Positions 43,816-56,016 of a stretch of 64,000 nucleotides of DNA are shown one piece after another (the stretch's first letter is position 1; each line of letters opens with the position of its first letter). A program made the position numbers and the translations under genes. The stretch lies in the NCBI GenBank assembly GCA_965153355.1, contig OZ231126.1, forward strand, positions 23,312,001 through 23,376,000, read 5' to 3'. Origin of the DNA: Flaccisagitta enflata. Its lineage: Eukaryota. A model generated the notes under the pieces. The model did no database searches. It was not told the DNA's origin and worked only from the letters and a program-made list of their open reading frames with translations.

Positions 43816-44530
43816 CTTTCTTTTACTGATGTGCGCTAAAGATTATAATTGTCTATACATACAGTCTTACAGAGAAACAAAAATCACCAATTAGATTGAT
43901 TGAGACACATGTGTCCTCGAATCTCTGTAAGAGAGTGTGTCAGTCTGAAGGTCCATAACATATGTCAACACTCAACAATTATGCGGAAAAACATAGGACC
44001 CGCAATAGTTAACTTTAAAATAATTAAGATATTAAAATCCCCAAATACAGAAAGTTAAAAAGTACAGAGACAGAAAATCTATCATGAAAAAGCTTATTTT
44101 CACAAGAATTGCTTGAAAGAAAAAATGATGCTTTCAAGATGTTTCCATCGAGGAGTTGGTTGGTCACACTTCTCTTTTTTTATTACTCTTATTTCTTTAA
44201 GTCATTCTAGGTCATTGAAGGGTATGCATTTGAGATATCAAATGATCATTTCCAAGATCACCACGATTTTGACAATAACAATGCATGGACGAAATGATAC
44301 TGGCTCACCTAATTCAAATGTATAATCCAATTTGGTTTGTTCTTTTAGACAAACGTCCTTGGAGTTAGCACAACCGTGAAAAAAAAACTTACAATAATCG
44401 GTTTTCTTGAAAATCAAATTGTTAGATTTCTATTCCCGATGAGAAAATCCTTTGATTCAGTAATAGCTTGTTGAAGAGATGCAATCTTATTCGTAATGAC
44501 TAAGTAATTCTAAGTCATTCCAAGTCATTC

Positions 44531-44704
44531 TTAGTCATTCTTAGTAAAGTGTAAGTCTTCCTCGCGACTTAAAGGTGTATAAGTATAGTGTGTTGCAAGT
44601 ATAGGTGTTGGCCTTGTTTTTTTGTTTCTTCGATAAGTCACCGCAATGATGACTATGAGTAAAAGGACAATGGCGATGATGAATCCCAGCAGATTCCTTG
44701 GAGA

Positions 44705-44738
<34 letters not shown>

Positions 44739-44857
44739 GGAGATGTTGTTGGAGATGTTGTTGGAGTTGTTGTTGTTGTTGTTGGAGATGTTGTTGTTGT
44801 TGTTGTTGTTGTTGTTGGAGATGATGTTGGAGTTGTTGTAGTTGTTGTTTTTGGAGA

Positions 44858-44939
<82 letters not shown>

Positions 44940-45993
44940 GGAGATGTTGTTGTTGTTGTTGTTGTTATTGTTGTTGTTGGAGATGTTGTTGGAGATGTTG
45001 TTGGAGTTGTTGTTTTTGTTGTTGTTGGAGATGTTGTTGTTGTTGTTGTTGTTGTTGGAGATGTTGTTGGAGTTGTTTTAGTTGTTGTTTTTGGAGATGT
45101 TGTTGGAGTTGTTGTTGTTGTTGTTGGAGATGTTGTTGTTGTTGTTGTTGTTGTTGGAGATGTTGTTGGAGTTGTTGTTTTTGTTGTTGTTGGAGATGTT
45201 GTTGTTGTTGTTGTTGTTGGAGATGTTGTTGGAGTTGTTGGAGTTGTTGTTTTTGGAGACGTTGTTGGAGTTGTTGTTGTTGTTGTTGGAGATGTTGTTG
45301 TTGTTGTTGTTGTTGTTGGAGATGTTGTTGGAGTTGTTGTTTTTGTTGTTGTTGGAGATGTTGTTGTTGTTGTTGTTGTTGTTGGAGATGTTGTTGGAGT
45401 TGTTGTAGTTGTTGTTTTTGGAGATGTTGTTGGAGTTGTTGTTGTTGTTGTTGGAGATGTTGTTGTTGTTGTTGCTGTTGTTGGAGATGTTGTTGGAGTT
45501 GTTGTTTTTGTTGTTGTTGGAGATGTTGTTGTTGTTGTTGTTGTTGTTGTTGGAGATGTTGTTGTAGTTGTTGTTTTTGGAGATGTTGTTGGAGTTGTTG
45601 TTGTTGTTGGAGATGTTGTTGTTGTTGTTGTTGTTGTTGTTGGAGATGTTGTTGGAGTTGTCGAAACAGACGATGAAGATAAGGGAGGAGGCGCTGATGA
45701 AGAGGAGGCTCCTGGATTGTCACGTTTACGGAAATGGGTTGTCAAAGCAGAAACTAAAGATGAGGGGGGAGACGCTGATACAGGTGAGTTGCCTTGAGGG
45801 GGGTGCAAAGTTGTAGCAGATGTGGACCGAAAGTTGCCATCCTTGTCAATTCTGGAAGTTGAAGTTGAAGTTGAAGTTGAAGTTGAAGTTGAAGTTGAAG
45901 TTGAAGATATGGGAGGAGGTGGTAATGAAGAGGAGGCTCCTGGCTTGTCATCATGAGGAAAATGCTCCCATTTGTATTTGTTGTAGAAATAAT
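44531..45993 (-). CDS. Mucin-like (Thr/Ser/Pro) single-pass membrane protein, terminal exon; paralogous TM segment shared with the sushi gene
   Basis: Acceptor tctctctcctctcag (phase 1). One frame stays open through a unique N-terminal part, about 950 nt of TTPTTSP repeats, the TM segment PRNLLGFIIAIVLLLIVIIAVTYRRNK and a short tail. Upstream exons are unresolved. Confidence 0.65.
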
Positions 45994-46164
45994 CTGAGAG
46001 GAGAGAGAAACAATTGAACAACATTAATCAGGTTCATGTGACCATGTCCATCCAACGATGTGCCTCTCTGTCTTCCAAACATACTTTATTTTTCTTTACA
46101 TTTTCATAATTGTTTTGCCCCTGCCTATTGACCAAATCAGTATCAGTATTCTATGCCTGTCCAC

Positions 46165-46258
46165 CTGCACATGCCAAAGGCTTTGACAAGTTCAGGAAAA
46201 ATGATTGATGTCGTGGATATTGTACATCAATCCTGTGTCCCTTTGTTTGTTTTTCTGT
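46165..46258 (-). CDS. Candidate upstream exon of the mucin-like gene (TEKQTKGHRIDVQYPRHQSFFLNLSKPLACA)
   Basis: The phase-1 donor CAG|GTGGAC fits the phase-1 acceptor at 45993; its own acceptor is weak. Confidence 0.2.
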
Positions 46259-46278
46259 CTGTACAAATGTTTGTCTCA

Positions 46279-46379
<101 letters not shown>

Positions 46380-49149
46380 ATTAAAACCTAAGTGTTCACG
46401 TCAAGTTGGCACGGTACTGGGCCCCTGAGCATGTTTTTCTGGCTGTCAGTCTGTCTAACTTTCTTCTCATTCTCCTTTTTGGGCAGCGGCCCCGAAGGGG
46501 CCGATGACCTATGCTTTCACACAGGAGAAATTTCTCCTTCTTCTTCTCCAGTGTACCCCCCCCCCTCTCCCCAGCCTCGAGGCTCAATTTCCAGCCTCAA
46601 GGCTCAAATCTCAGTCTCAAGGCTCAAATCCTAGCTTTAAGGCTCAAATCCCAGCCTTGAGGCTTCAATCCAAGCCTTGAGGCTCAAATCCCAGCTTGGA
46701 GGAGGAGCGTAACTATGTGTGACAGCTCTCTGATGCTCCCAGCTTGGAGGAGGAGCGTAACTATGTGTGACAGCTCTCTGATGCTCCCTAGCAACCGCCA
46801 AACCAGCGATATTCTTACAGAACATACTGTGGGAAAGTTGTGGCAAATTTTATTTCAAAAAGTGTTCCCTAAAAAAATTTCTCAAAATATTGATACTTAA
46901 GCGTGAATACATGAAAATGTGTTTCCATAGCAACCAACACCCATGGGCAACAAAGCATCCTTTTATTAGTCTATATTCCAAATATCAGTCTCTTAAGTAA
47001 ATTTGTCTTCCTGTAATGAACTCCCCCGTATTTCCAAGTCTAGACGACATCTACTGTACTCAAATTGAAAGATGTCCAGGTCATTGATCAATGAGCACAG
47101 TATGCGATTGATATCTTTTCAATTCCACGGCTGTTGGGGGAAACAATGATTTTCCTCTTTGTGACTTACCTACTATTACTAACGTTATGAGAACAAAAAT
47201 CCAACGAAAAGCAGATTTTTTCGTGAGTTCCATTATGGATTCCCCACGCGATCACTTGCGATGTTTGTCCTAATTGGTAAGATTCAAAGAATTAAAATAT
47301 CTCAATTCCACGGCTTTGGAATAAACAAGGCCGGATACACGGCTACCCTAGTCGCGTGCGGGTGGGCAGGGGCAGTATTTGAGTTTCTAGAGCGTTTTGG
47401 CAAGTGCAGTGAAGCCAAAGACCACAAAAATATAAAAAAAGTAAAATGGGGACCGACCAACCGACCAACCGACCAACCGACCGACCGACCAACGGACGGA
47501 CAAAGCGGGGTGTAGAGTCGCGTAGCACGTGACTAAAAAGAATTCACCCCAATTTTTTTCACAGGAGTTCTCAGAATGATGTGGAATCAGAAAATTTGTT
47601 TTTTGAATGAAAATGGCATTTGTAATTCATAACAAAGCCGGATACATGGCTACCCTTGTCGCGCTGCGGGTGGGCAGGAGCAGTGCTGGAGGTGACTAGG
47701 GCATCTGGGCAGGAACTGTGAGCTCAAAAATCTAAAAAACGCCAAAAAAGTTAAAAAGGGACCGACCAACCGACAGATGGACCAATCAATGGACCGACAT
47801 AGGGGGTGTAGAGTCGCGTAGCACGCAATTAAAAACACAATAGAATGAATCTATTCAAGATTTTTTTGATACTGATAATGAAATTCATTTGTTAGTAGCG
47901 TGCTGTTGGTCCGTCAGTCAGTTGGTTGGTTGGTCGGTTGATTGGTTGGTTGATTGGCTGGTTGGTCCCCTATTCACTTTTTTGGCGTTTTCAAGCTTTT
48001 TGAGCTTACTGCTCCTGACCAAATGCTCTAGTGGCTTTCTTCAGCACTGCCCCTGCCCACCCACACGCAACTGGGGTAACCATGTATCCGGCCTTGTTTA
48101 CTTCAAAAATACTATGCTGATTCAATTTTTAGTGTTTCACTTATTTTTGGCCATTTTTGAAAATTTGCACTTAAATCTTATTTATGTATTGTGGTTTTTC
48201 ATTTTTTTACTTATACAGTCAATGCTCTAACTAACATGTCTGTTAGGAAATTTACCTCTGAAAAAAAGATTGCAAAATATTCAAAACGAAATATCATGTA
48301 AGTCCCTTGAAGTTTGCTAGAATTATTTTTGAATATAACTCACAAGTTTCCTTTAATAGATTAATGAAATTTAAACCAAACTTCTACTTTACCCATGGAC
48401 CTAGTTTCTACTGCTTTTTTGAAAGAAGTTTACAAACTTAGCTTATTTTCAGTTTAAGTCTTTAAAAGAAATAATGAAAATATGCAAATAAACACTGTTT
48501 TGAGAGCAAAAAAAGTGATTTTCAGTACTAGGTCAGATACATGGCTACCCCAGTGACGTGCGGGTGGGCAGGAGCCGCATTTGAGGTCACCAGAGCCTTT
48601 GGGCAGGAGCAGTGGGGGCAGGGGCAGCGGATTGGTGGGCAGGGGCAGCCAATTCCCATCCACACCTAACGCCCCTCCCAACACCCCTTCCGACACAGAC
48701 ACTTACACAAAAAGCTTCTACAACACTTGTTTGTCCACTTTTCGACTCACACTCAAGTACCGACGGACCAATGGACGGACTGACGGCCCAATGGGCGGAC
48801 AAAGCCTCTTATAGAGTTGCTTGTCTGCAACTTTAAACAAGAAAACATATGACTGACTGACAGACCAAGAAATCAACCAGCTGATGTTTTTGATTTTATT
48901 GGCCAATGATTGACTAACATAAACAACACACTTTAATTCAACTTCTTTTTAAGGACCCCTGTGCAAAAAAAATGGGATGGGTTTTTAGGTGCGCCATAGC
49001 ACCTCTATAACTAGCTCTGTCTGTTGGTTGGTCGGTCGGTCGGTCGGTCGGTCGGTCACGCTCGAGTTGAAAATCTCGAAAAGAAGCAAAAATCACTTGA
49101 AATGATTCAGAAATCAATTGAAAACTCATTACGTTCATTTCAATCACTA

Positions 49150-50110
49150 GAATTCATTCATTCATTCATTCATTCATTCATTCATTCATTCCTTCACTCC
49201 ATTCATTCATTTCATTCATTCATTTCATTCAATCATTCCATTCATTCATTTCATTCATTCATTTCATTCATTCATTTCATTCAATCATTTCATTCAATCA
49301 TTTCATTCAATCATTTCATTCAATCATTTCATTCATTCATTTCATTCATTCATTTTATTCCATTCATTCATTCATTTCATTCATTCATTTTATTCCACTC
49401 ATTCATTCATTTCATTCATTCATTCATTCATTCATTCATTTCATTCATTCATTCATTTCATTCATTCATTCATTTCATTCATTCATTCATTTCATCCATT
49501 CATTTCATTCATTCATTTCATTCATTAATTTCATTCATTTCATTCATTCATTCATTTCATTCATTCATTTCATTCATTTCATTCATTTCATTCATTTCAT
49601 TCATTCATTCATTTCGATCATTCATTTCATTCATTCATTTCATTCTTTCATTTCATTCATTCATTTCATTCATTCATTTCATTCATTCATTTCATTCATT
49701 CATTTCATTCATTTCATTCATTCATTTCATTCATTCATTTCATTCATTCATTTCATTCATTCATTCATTTCATTCATTCATTTCATTCATTCATTTCATT
49801 CATTTCATTCATTCATTCATTTCATTCATTTCATTCATTTCATTCATTTCATTCATTTCATTCATTCATTCATTTCGATCATTCATTTCATTTCATTCAT
49901 TTCATTCATTCATTTCATTCATTTCATTCATTCATTTCATTCATTCATTTCATTCATTCATTCATTTCATTCATTCATTCATTTCATTCATTCATTCATT
50001 CATTCATTCATTCATTCATTCATTCATTCATTTCATTCATTTCATTCATCTCATTCATCTCATTCCTTTCATTCATCTCATTCATTTCATTCATCTCATT
50101 CATTCATTCA
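49150..50110 (+). repeat. (TTCA/TTTCA)n satellite
   Basis: Directly visible; lies inside a hairpin-family element. Confidence 0.95.
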
Positions 50111-50321
50111 ATGAAAATGTTTGAAATCAATTGAAAACTCATTTTGTTCATTTCATTCACTGAAATACATTTCATTCACTAAAATTCATTTCATTCACTA
50201 AAATAATCAGCTACGTTGAGGTCATTCATTAAAATTCATTTCATTCACTAAAATTCATATCATTCACTAAAATTCATTTCATTCACTAAAATAATCAGCT
50301 ACGTTGAGGTCTGATCAAGCT

Positions 50322-50566
50322 GGGGATAGGTCGGATAGGTCTGGTAATAGGTCGGATAGGTATGGGGATAGGTCTGTTAGAGCTCGGGATAGGTCTGATA
50401 GAGCTCGGGATAGGTCTGATAGAGCTCGGGATAGGTCTGATAGAGCTCGGGATAGGTCTGATAGAGCTTGGGATAGGCCTGAGAGAGCTCGGGATAGGTC
50501 TGATAGAGCTCGGGATAGGTCTGATAGAGCTAGGGATAGGTCTGATGGAGCTAAGGATAGGTCTAA
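50322..50566 (+). repeat. 21-bp minisatellite GGGATAGGTCTGATAGAGCTC
   Basis: Roughly ten head-to-tail copies with no spacers. Confidence 0.9.
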
Positions 50567-50704
50567 GAATAAATAACGCCCGGCGCACCGTCTTGGCCCG
50601 TGTATCCGGCCTTGTTTTTTTTTTTTTTGGTTTATTTTTGTATTGTTTTTTTTTTTTTTTTTTTTTTTTTTTTGAGATATTTTCAAATTTTTTACAAAAA
50701 AACT

Positions 50705-51421
50705 AAGGCATGTTTTGACAAAAAACTTAGTTCGTTCTGCAGTAGTCTCTTTTCTTCTTTTTCTTCTTTTTTTTTCTTTTTTTGCAATCTTCTCGGTTCT
50801 TAATCCATTTTCTGTTACCTTTTACTCGCAAGCGGACCGGTGACTTTTTGCGTTGCTGTGCTGGTTGGTGGCTTGGTGCAGTTGTTGTTGATTTATCATT
50901 GAGCTAGTTTGCAATTTTATCATCCGATTCTTAACAAACTTTTCTATGGATTGAAGAAGCGGCAAATTTTGATGCGAGGAGCTAAAATATTCTTGATCAA
51001 GAGTTAATGGCATTGTTTCTAAATGAGAGAGGGATCAGTAAAAAAGGAACAAGATACTAATGATTAGGCTGTACAATAGAATCACGTGCGCCCTCGAATC
51101 TCTGTAAGGCGGTGTGTCAGTCTGAAGGTCCATAAGACCATCATGCATGTCAACACCCAACAATTATGCGGAAAAACATAGCACCCGCGATAGTTAATTT
51201 TAACTAGCCAGTAAAATAGTCAAAATTATCAAAATCCTGACAGTTAATTCCAGGACAACAGCTAGTTAAACCAGGGAAAATGAGTAAGAATCCCCAATTT
51301 TTCCTCAAATACGGAAATTTAAAAAGTACTGCAAGAAACAGAAAATCTATCATGAAAATACTTATCTTTAAAAGCATTGCTTGAAAGAAAAAATCATTCT
51401 ACCAAAACGTTGCCATCGAGT
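50705..51421. repeat. Local segmental duplication (paralog at about 43105-44152)
   Basis: Colinear blocks such as CCATTTTCTGTTACCTTTTACTCGCAAGCGGAC, CAACAATTATGCGGAAAAACATAG and CAGAAAATCTATCATGAAAA occur in both copies, separated by different insertions. Confidence 0.9.
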
Positions 51422-53061
51422 AAATGAAAATTTTGACTATCATATCAATTTACAAGCGGAAATGACAAGTAGCTATTGACGAGTTGATCATGGCTCGGCA
51501 CTGGGAGGATTGTGTTACGTAACTAATAATTAGTATGATGAATAAAAAAAAGCCAAAATACCAAAAGATATACTTCACTGACAAACATTTACATATTGCA
51601 TCATACACCAACTCGACTTTGAAAACTAAAAAGCTCATAGCTATGATGAGACGCTTCATCAAAAAAAAAAGTTACGCGGGGTCACAATATCGGTACGGAC
51701 GGGTGGGAAGGGGCATCCAACCCCCGTCCACACCCCATGCCCCCCCCCCCCCACCAACACACATACGACGTCAAATCTGCCAGGGAAAAATGAACTGCTT
51801 CACCCCACTTTTGCATCAATAATGGACTAATCATCCATCCACAAATGTTTTCATTGCTCAAGTTGTCATTGGATACACTTGTTATGCATGTCTGTTTCAG
51901 ATTTTACGCTTTCAGTTGCCTTTTGATAAGCAATTCTCTCGGCAAATGGCAAGAATATGAAGATTTTTCGTAAAATTTTGTTGACATTTTTTTCTATTTT
52001 CTGAGGTCAAAATCATAAGGAAGCCACAACCAAAAAGAAATTGGCATTTTCAAAAACATAGATCTCTCTAAAAAGGATTTGGGAAGAGAACTATGTTCTT
52101 TGTTTTTTCATTTTTTCATTGTCTATGCAAACTTATAATTTCGACCAACCCCTTGTCAGTGACAAAAAAGAAATTTTTCTAGATTTTCAGTAAATCTTCC
52201 TCAATAACATAGGCTAAATCTTAGTCTCTTGCTGAATGGATGCAAATTTTGCTTTCAAATATCATGCATGTCTTATCTCAATCATTTTATTCACATGATT
52301 TTCTATTTTCACTCATTTATGTTTTCTATTTTGACCCATTTTGATACCCTAAATGTTGGCTTCGTGGGCACGCTTTCATTCCTAAACTGGTCGCCTAAGG
52401 GCAATATCTCGTCAGCGAAACCCGTTGCCCTGCTCTGCATGATGGTGAAATGGAATGAGAGGAAGCAGGACAGCGGCCCCAAAGGGGACGAAGTCCACTA
52501 GAACACAGGGGACTTTCGTTCGTTTGTTCATTCGTTTGTCAGTCTGTCCGTTCCCCCCAGGCCCTCTCAGGCCTTTAATCTGCCCTCCCAGGCCTGAAAT
52601 CTAACCTTTTAGGCCTGAAATCTGCCCTCTCAGGCCTGAAATCTGTGGTAGCAGATTTAAGGCTCGAGAGGGCAGATTTGATGAACTTTTTAATCCTTTG
52701 ATATACAGACTTGGGATTGGTCTAGAATGAAAGATAATTCAAAAATCTTCAAAATTACTTTGTTTGATAATCGCCCATGAGATTATTTCAAGCCATTTCA
52801 TTAGATGCAGAAATGATACAGTAGTTTTCCAATTTAGTATTTTATCATGTGCTCTAAATAGTGGTTGACTGTGACAGACTGCAACTTTTAAACGACATAC
52901 AGACATGGGATTGGTCTCGAATGATGGAAAATTCAAAAATCTTCAAAATCATTTTAATGGAGAAAAGTTTTAACAATTTTTTTTCAGTCATTTCTATCAA
53001 CCATTGATGAGCTGTGTTTTTTTTTCGCGTAGTATCATTATTGTTGAAATAGCTCTCGATA

Positions 53062-53653
53062 TCACATGAGTACCTCATAATCAGGAAGCTCTACCCTGTC
53101 GTCAGAACCCGGCCTATTCACAAAACGCACGATGGTCGATTTGATTTTTTCTTTGTTTCTTCGATAAGTCACCCCAGTGACGACTATGAGTAAAAGGAAA
53201 ATGGCAATAATGAATCCCAGCAGATTCCTTGGGAAAGAATCTAAGGGAGCGCAACTGTAATCATATTTGGTATAATTTCCCCCCTGTTTTTCCTGCATCG
53301 GAACAATATTTCCATTACTGCACCAGACGTGGATTGTTTTTAGGCCCTCTATCATTTCATATCCACTTTTGCAACTTTTTTCACATTTTGATTCTATTTC
53401 GTTGACCCTCTCGCATTTCCACGCAACGTTGGCATCCACATCCGTAGGTGGACACGGAGTGCGGATCGCACATCTGTGTTCCTCACGCCATTTTCCAGTT
53501 TTGTCGCATTGGAAGACAGACTTTGCATTCGATCCTTCGAGACATGGTCGAGAACACTCAGCGTTGAAGTGATAACCTGAACAGTTCCAAAAGGGACTGG
53601 TTCCGTTTTCTTTTCTACCGGCATTGAGATCTGAGCATGAAATTGATGAAGAG
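53062..53653 (-). CDS. Sushi protein terminal exon: two CCP domains, TM helix (NLLGFIIAIFLLLIVVTGVTY), basic stop-transfer RRNK and a tail ending DYEVLM*
   Basis: Acceptor ttttcttttcccccag, phase 2; open frame to the stop at 53062; Cys/Trp spacing of selectin-type sushi repeats. Confidence 0.88.
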
Positions 53654-54034
53654 CTGGGGGAAAAGAAAAAAAAACAAGTCGTTATTTTCTAATGATTTCC
53701 AGAAACAAAGGATTTCGTGTTAAACAACCAGGTAATTCGCTCCGTGCTTTGAATCGTTACAACACTTGTGTTATCCACAATGTTGTAACTGTTGGTATGC
53801 TTGTGTTACATAACAACTTAAAAATGCCTTAATGACACCCTTGGGGGTTTCATGAAGTGTGTTTTTGGGCGTAACGAAACGCAGGCATACCAGCTGTTAC
53901 GTAAAGTCTGTAAATTGGCCTAATAAAAGGGTCCTAAGGATACCATGATGGAAGCTAGACTTACACATCCATTGCTTGATTTATTATTTAGTCAATCATA
54001 GATACACGCCATCATATCATAAATGGCAATTTTA

Positions 54035-54348
54035 GCTGTGTCAACACACTGTTTATTGGCTGTGTCAACACCACTACTTATGGTTGTATTAACACTTGGT
54101 CATCTTAAAACCTCTTTGGAATTGTGTCAATACACCAATTTTTGTAAGTGTCAACACGCCCTTTTTTTTAGTGTCAACACGCCCATATTTGTAAGTGTCA
54201 ACACGCCCGTTTTTGTAAGTGTCAACACACCCATTTTTCCTTGTGTCAACACATTCATTTGTAGTTGCTTCATCGACTACAATTTTGATAGTGTTGAAGC
54301 GCCCTTTCTTACTAGTGTCAACAGGCCCCATTTCAGTAGTATCAACAT
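54035..54348 (+). repeat. About 24-bp minisatellite with a GTGTCAACAC core
   Basis: About ten copies of the core with semi-conserved intervening sequence. Confidence 0.8.
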
Positions 54349-56016
54349 GCTCTTTTTGGGCAGCTGCTTCAAACCTGGTCTTTCAGACCTCAAACCAGCC
54401 ATCTAAGCCCCTATTTTATGCCTCATGTCAGCCCTCTCAAGCTTCCAATTGGCATTCTCAGGCCTTACATCAGCCTTCTTAGACCTCAGTTTAGGCTCTT
54501 GAAGGCCTTCAGTCAGCCCTCTACAGCATCTCATCCACTTCAGGCAAGTCCCCCTGTGTTCTACAGGACTTCATCCCCTTTGGGGCTGCTGCCCTGCTTC
54601 CCCTCACTCCAATTCACAATCACGCAAAGCAGGTCAACAGGTATCAATGACCATATATTGCCCTTGGGCGACCTGTTGTTTGTCCGTGCGTCCCCCCAAG
54701 GCCTTCTCAGCCCTGAAATCAGCTCTCTCAGAACTAAAATCTACCCTCCTCTCAGGCCTGAAATCTGCCCTCTCAGGCCATGAATCTGCCCTCTCAGGCC
54801 TGAAATCAGTCAACTTAGGCCCAAAATCTTCCCTCTCAGATTCTAGGTCTGAGAGGGAAGATTTCAGGCCTGAGAGGGTAGATTTAAGGCCTGAGAGGGC
54901 GGAGTTCAGAGCTGAGAGGGTCTGAGGGGCGGACAGACAGATGGACGAAAGAATGGACGCACAAATGAAAGTCCCCCTGTATTCCAAAGGACTTTGTCTC
55001 CTTCAGGGCCGCTGCCCTGCTTCCCCCATTCCAATTCAGAATCATGCAAAGCAGGGCAACGGGTATCGCTGACCAGATATTGCCCTACATATTGCCCTTG
55101 ACCATGCAGAAGCCCTCTGGGCCCCCTGAGGCCCAGGCTCCTATAATTTGTATAGGGTGTATAGGCCTCTACAGGCCTCTGCTGCTCTCACTCTACTTCT
55201 TCAGCTGATCACAATACACGTCAGGTATCGCTGACCATATGCAATCGTTGGATGACTTGCTTATTGCTGCCCCTGCCCACCAGCACGCAACTAGGTAGCT
55301 ATGTCTCTGGCCTTATTCTTAAGCAAAATAAGGATTCATCGCATTCCTCCTCTGGAGTATGCTAGTGGTTTTCAGTCGCATGCTACGCAACTCTGCAACC
55401 CGGTCTATCCATCCAACTATGGGGCTTTTGGGCGTGCCGCTCCTGCCCAAATGCTCCCCTGACCTCAAATATGGCCCCTGACCAGCCACACGCAACTGGA
55501 GTTAGTTGAGGATTGGCTTCTCTAAAAAAGGCTTTGTCCATCCATCTGTCTGTCCATCAGTCTGTGTGCACAAGTGGAGAAAACAGGCATTTCCGCTCCT
55601 GCCCACCCGTCTGCGACATGCATTGGTTGTGTATCCAGCTTTGTTTTTTTTCTTTGTCAAAACAAATCCATTTCTTGACAATACAAGAATGGGTGCTTCA
55701 AGAACAATCTTTTTTTGCATTTACCAAACGCTAATAAGTGGTGTTTCCTTACTTCACATTTTGGTGTTTATGAAATGCCAAACATTGTGTTTCTAAAATG
55801 CCAAAAACGGTGTTTCTGAAATGCCAAAAATGGCCTTTCTGAAATGCAAAAAATGGCATTTCTGAAACGCCTAAAATGGCGTAATTGAAACACTAAAAAT
55901 GATGTAAATGAAACGCCAAAAATGGTATTTCTAAAATGCCAAAAGTGCCGTTTCTGAAACGCCAAAAAGGGGGTTTCTGAAACACTAAATGCTGTTGTTG
56001 CATAACTTAACATTTA

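Noticed and set aside
44646-45797. Val-rich plus-strand ORF and the poly-Gln and poly-Leu alternative frames
   Set aside because: Antisense or shifted readings of the Thr-rich array; only the Thr frame connects an acceptor, unique sequence and the TM segment.
49024-50124. 366-aa FIHS ORF
   Set aside because: TTCA satellite.
50295-50706. 21-bp repeat as a CRISPR array or heptad-repeat protein
   Set aside because: Head-to-tail copies with no unique spacers and no cas genes, in eukaryotic repeat context.
51450-51662. Hydrophobic ORF as the signal-peptide exon of the mucin-like gene
   Set aside because: Its evident donor (TT|GTAAAT) is phase 2 and does not match the downstream acceptors I could identify; unsupported.
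54035-54348. GTGTCAACAC array as CRISPR
   Set aside because: The core is only 10 bp and the intervening sequences are short and related to each other.
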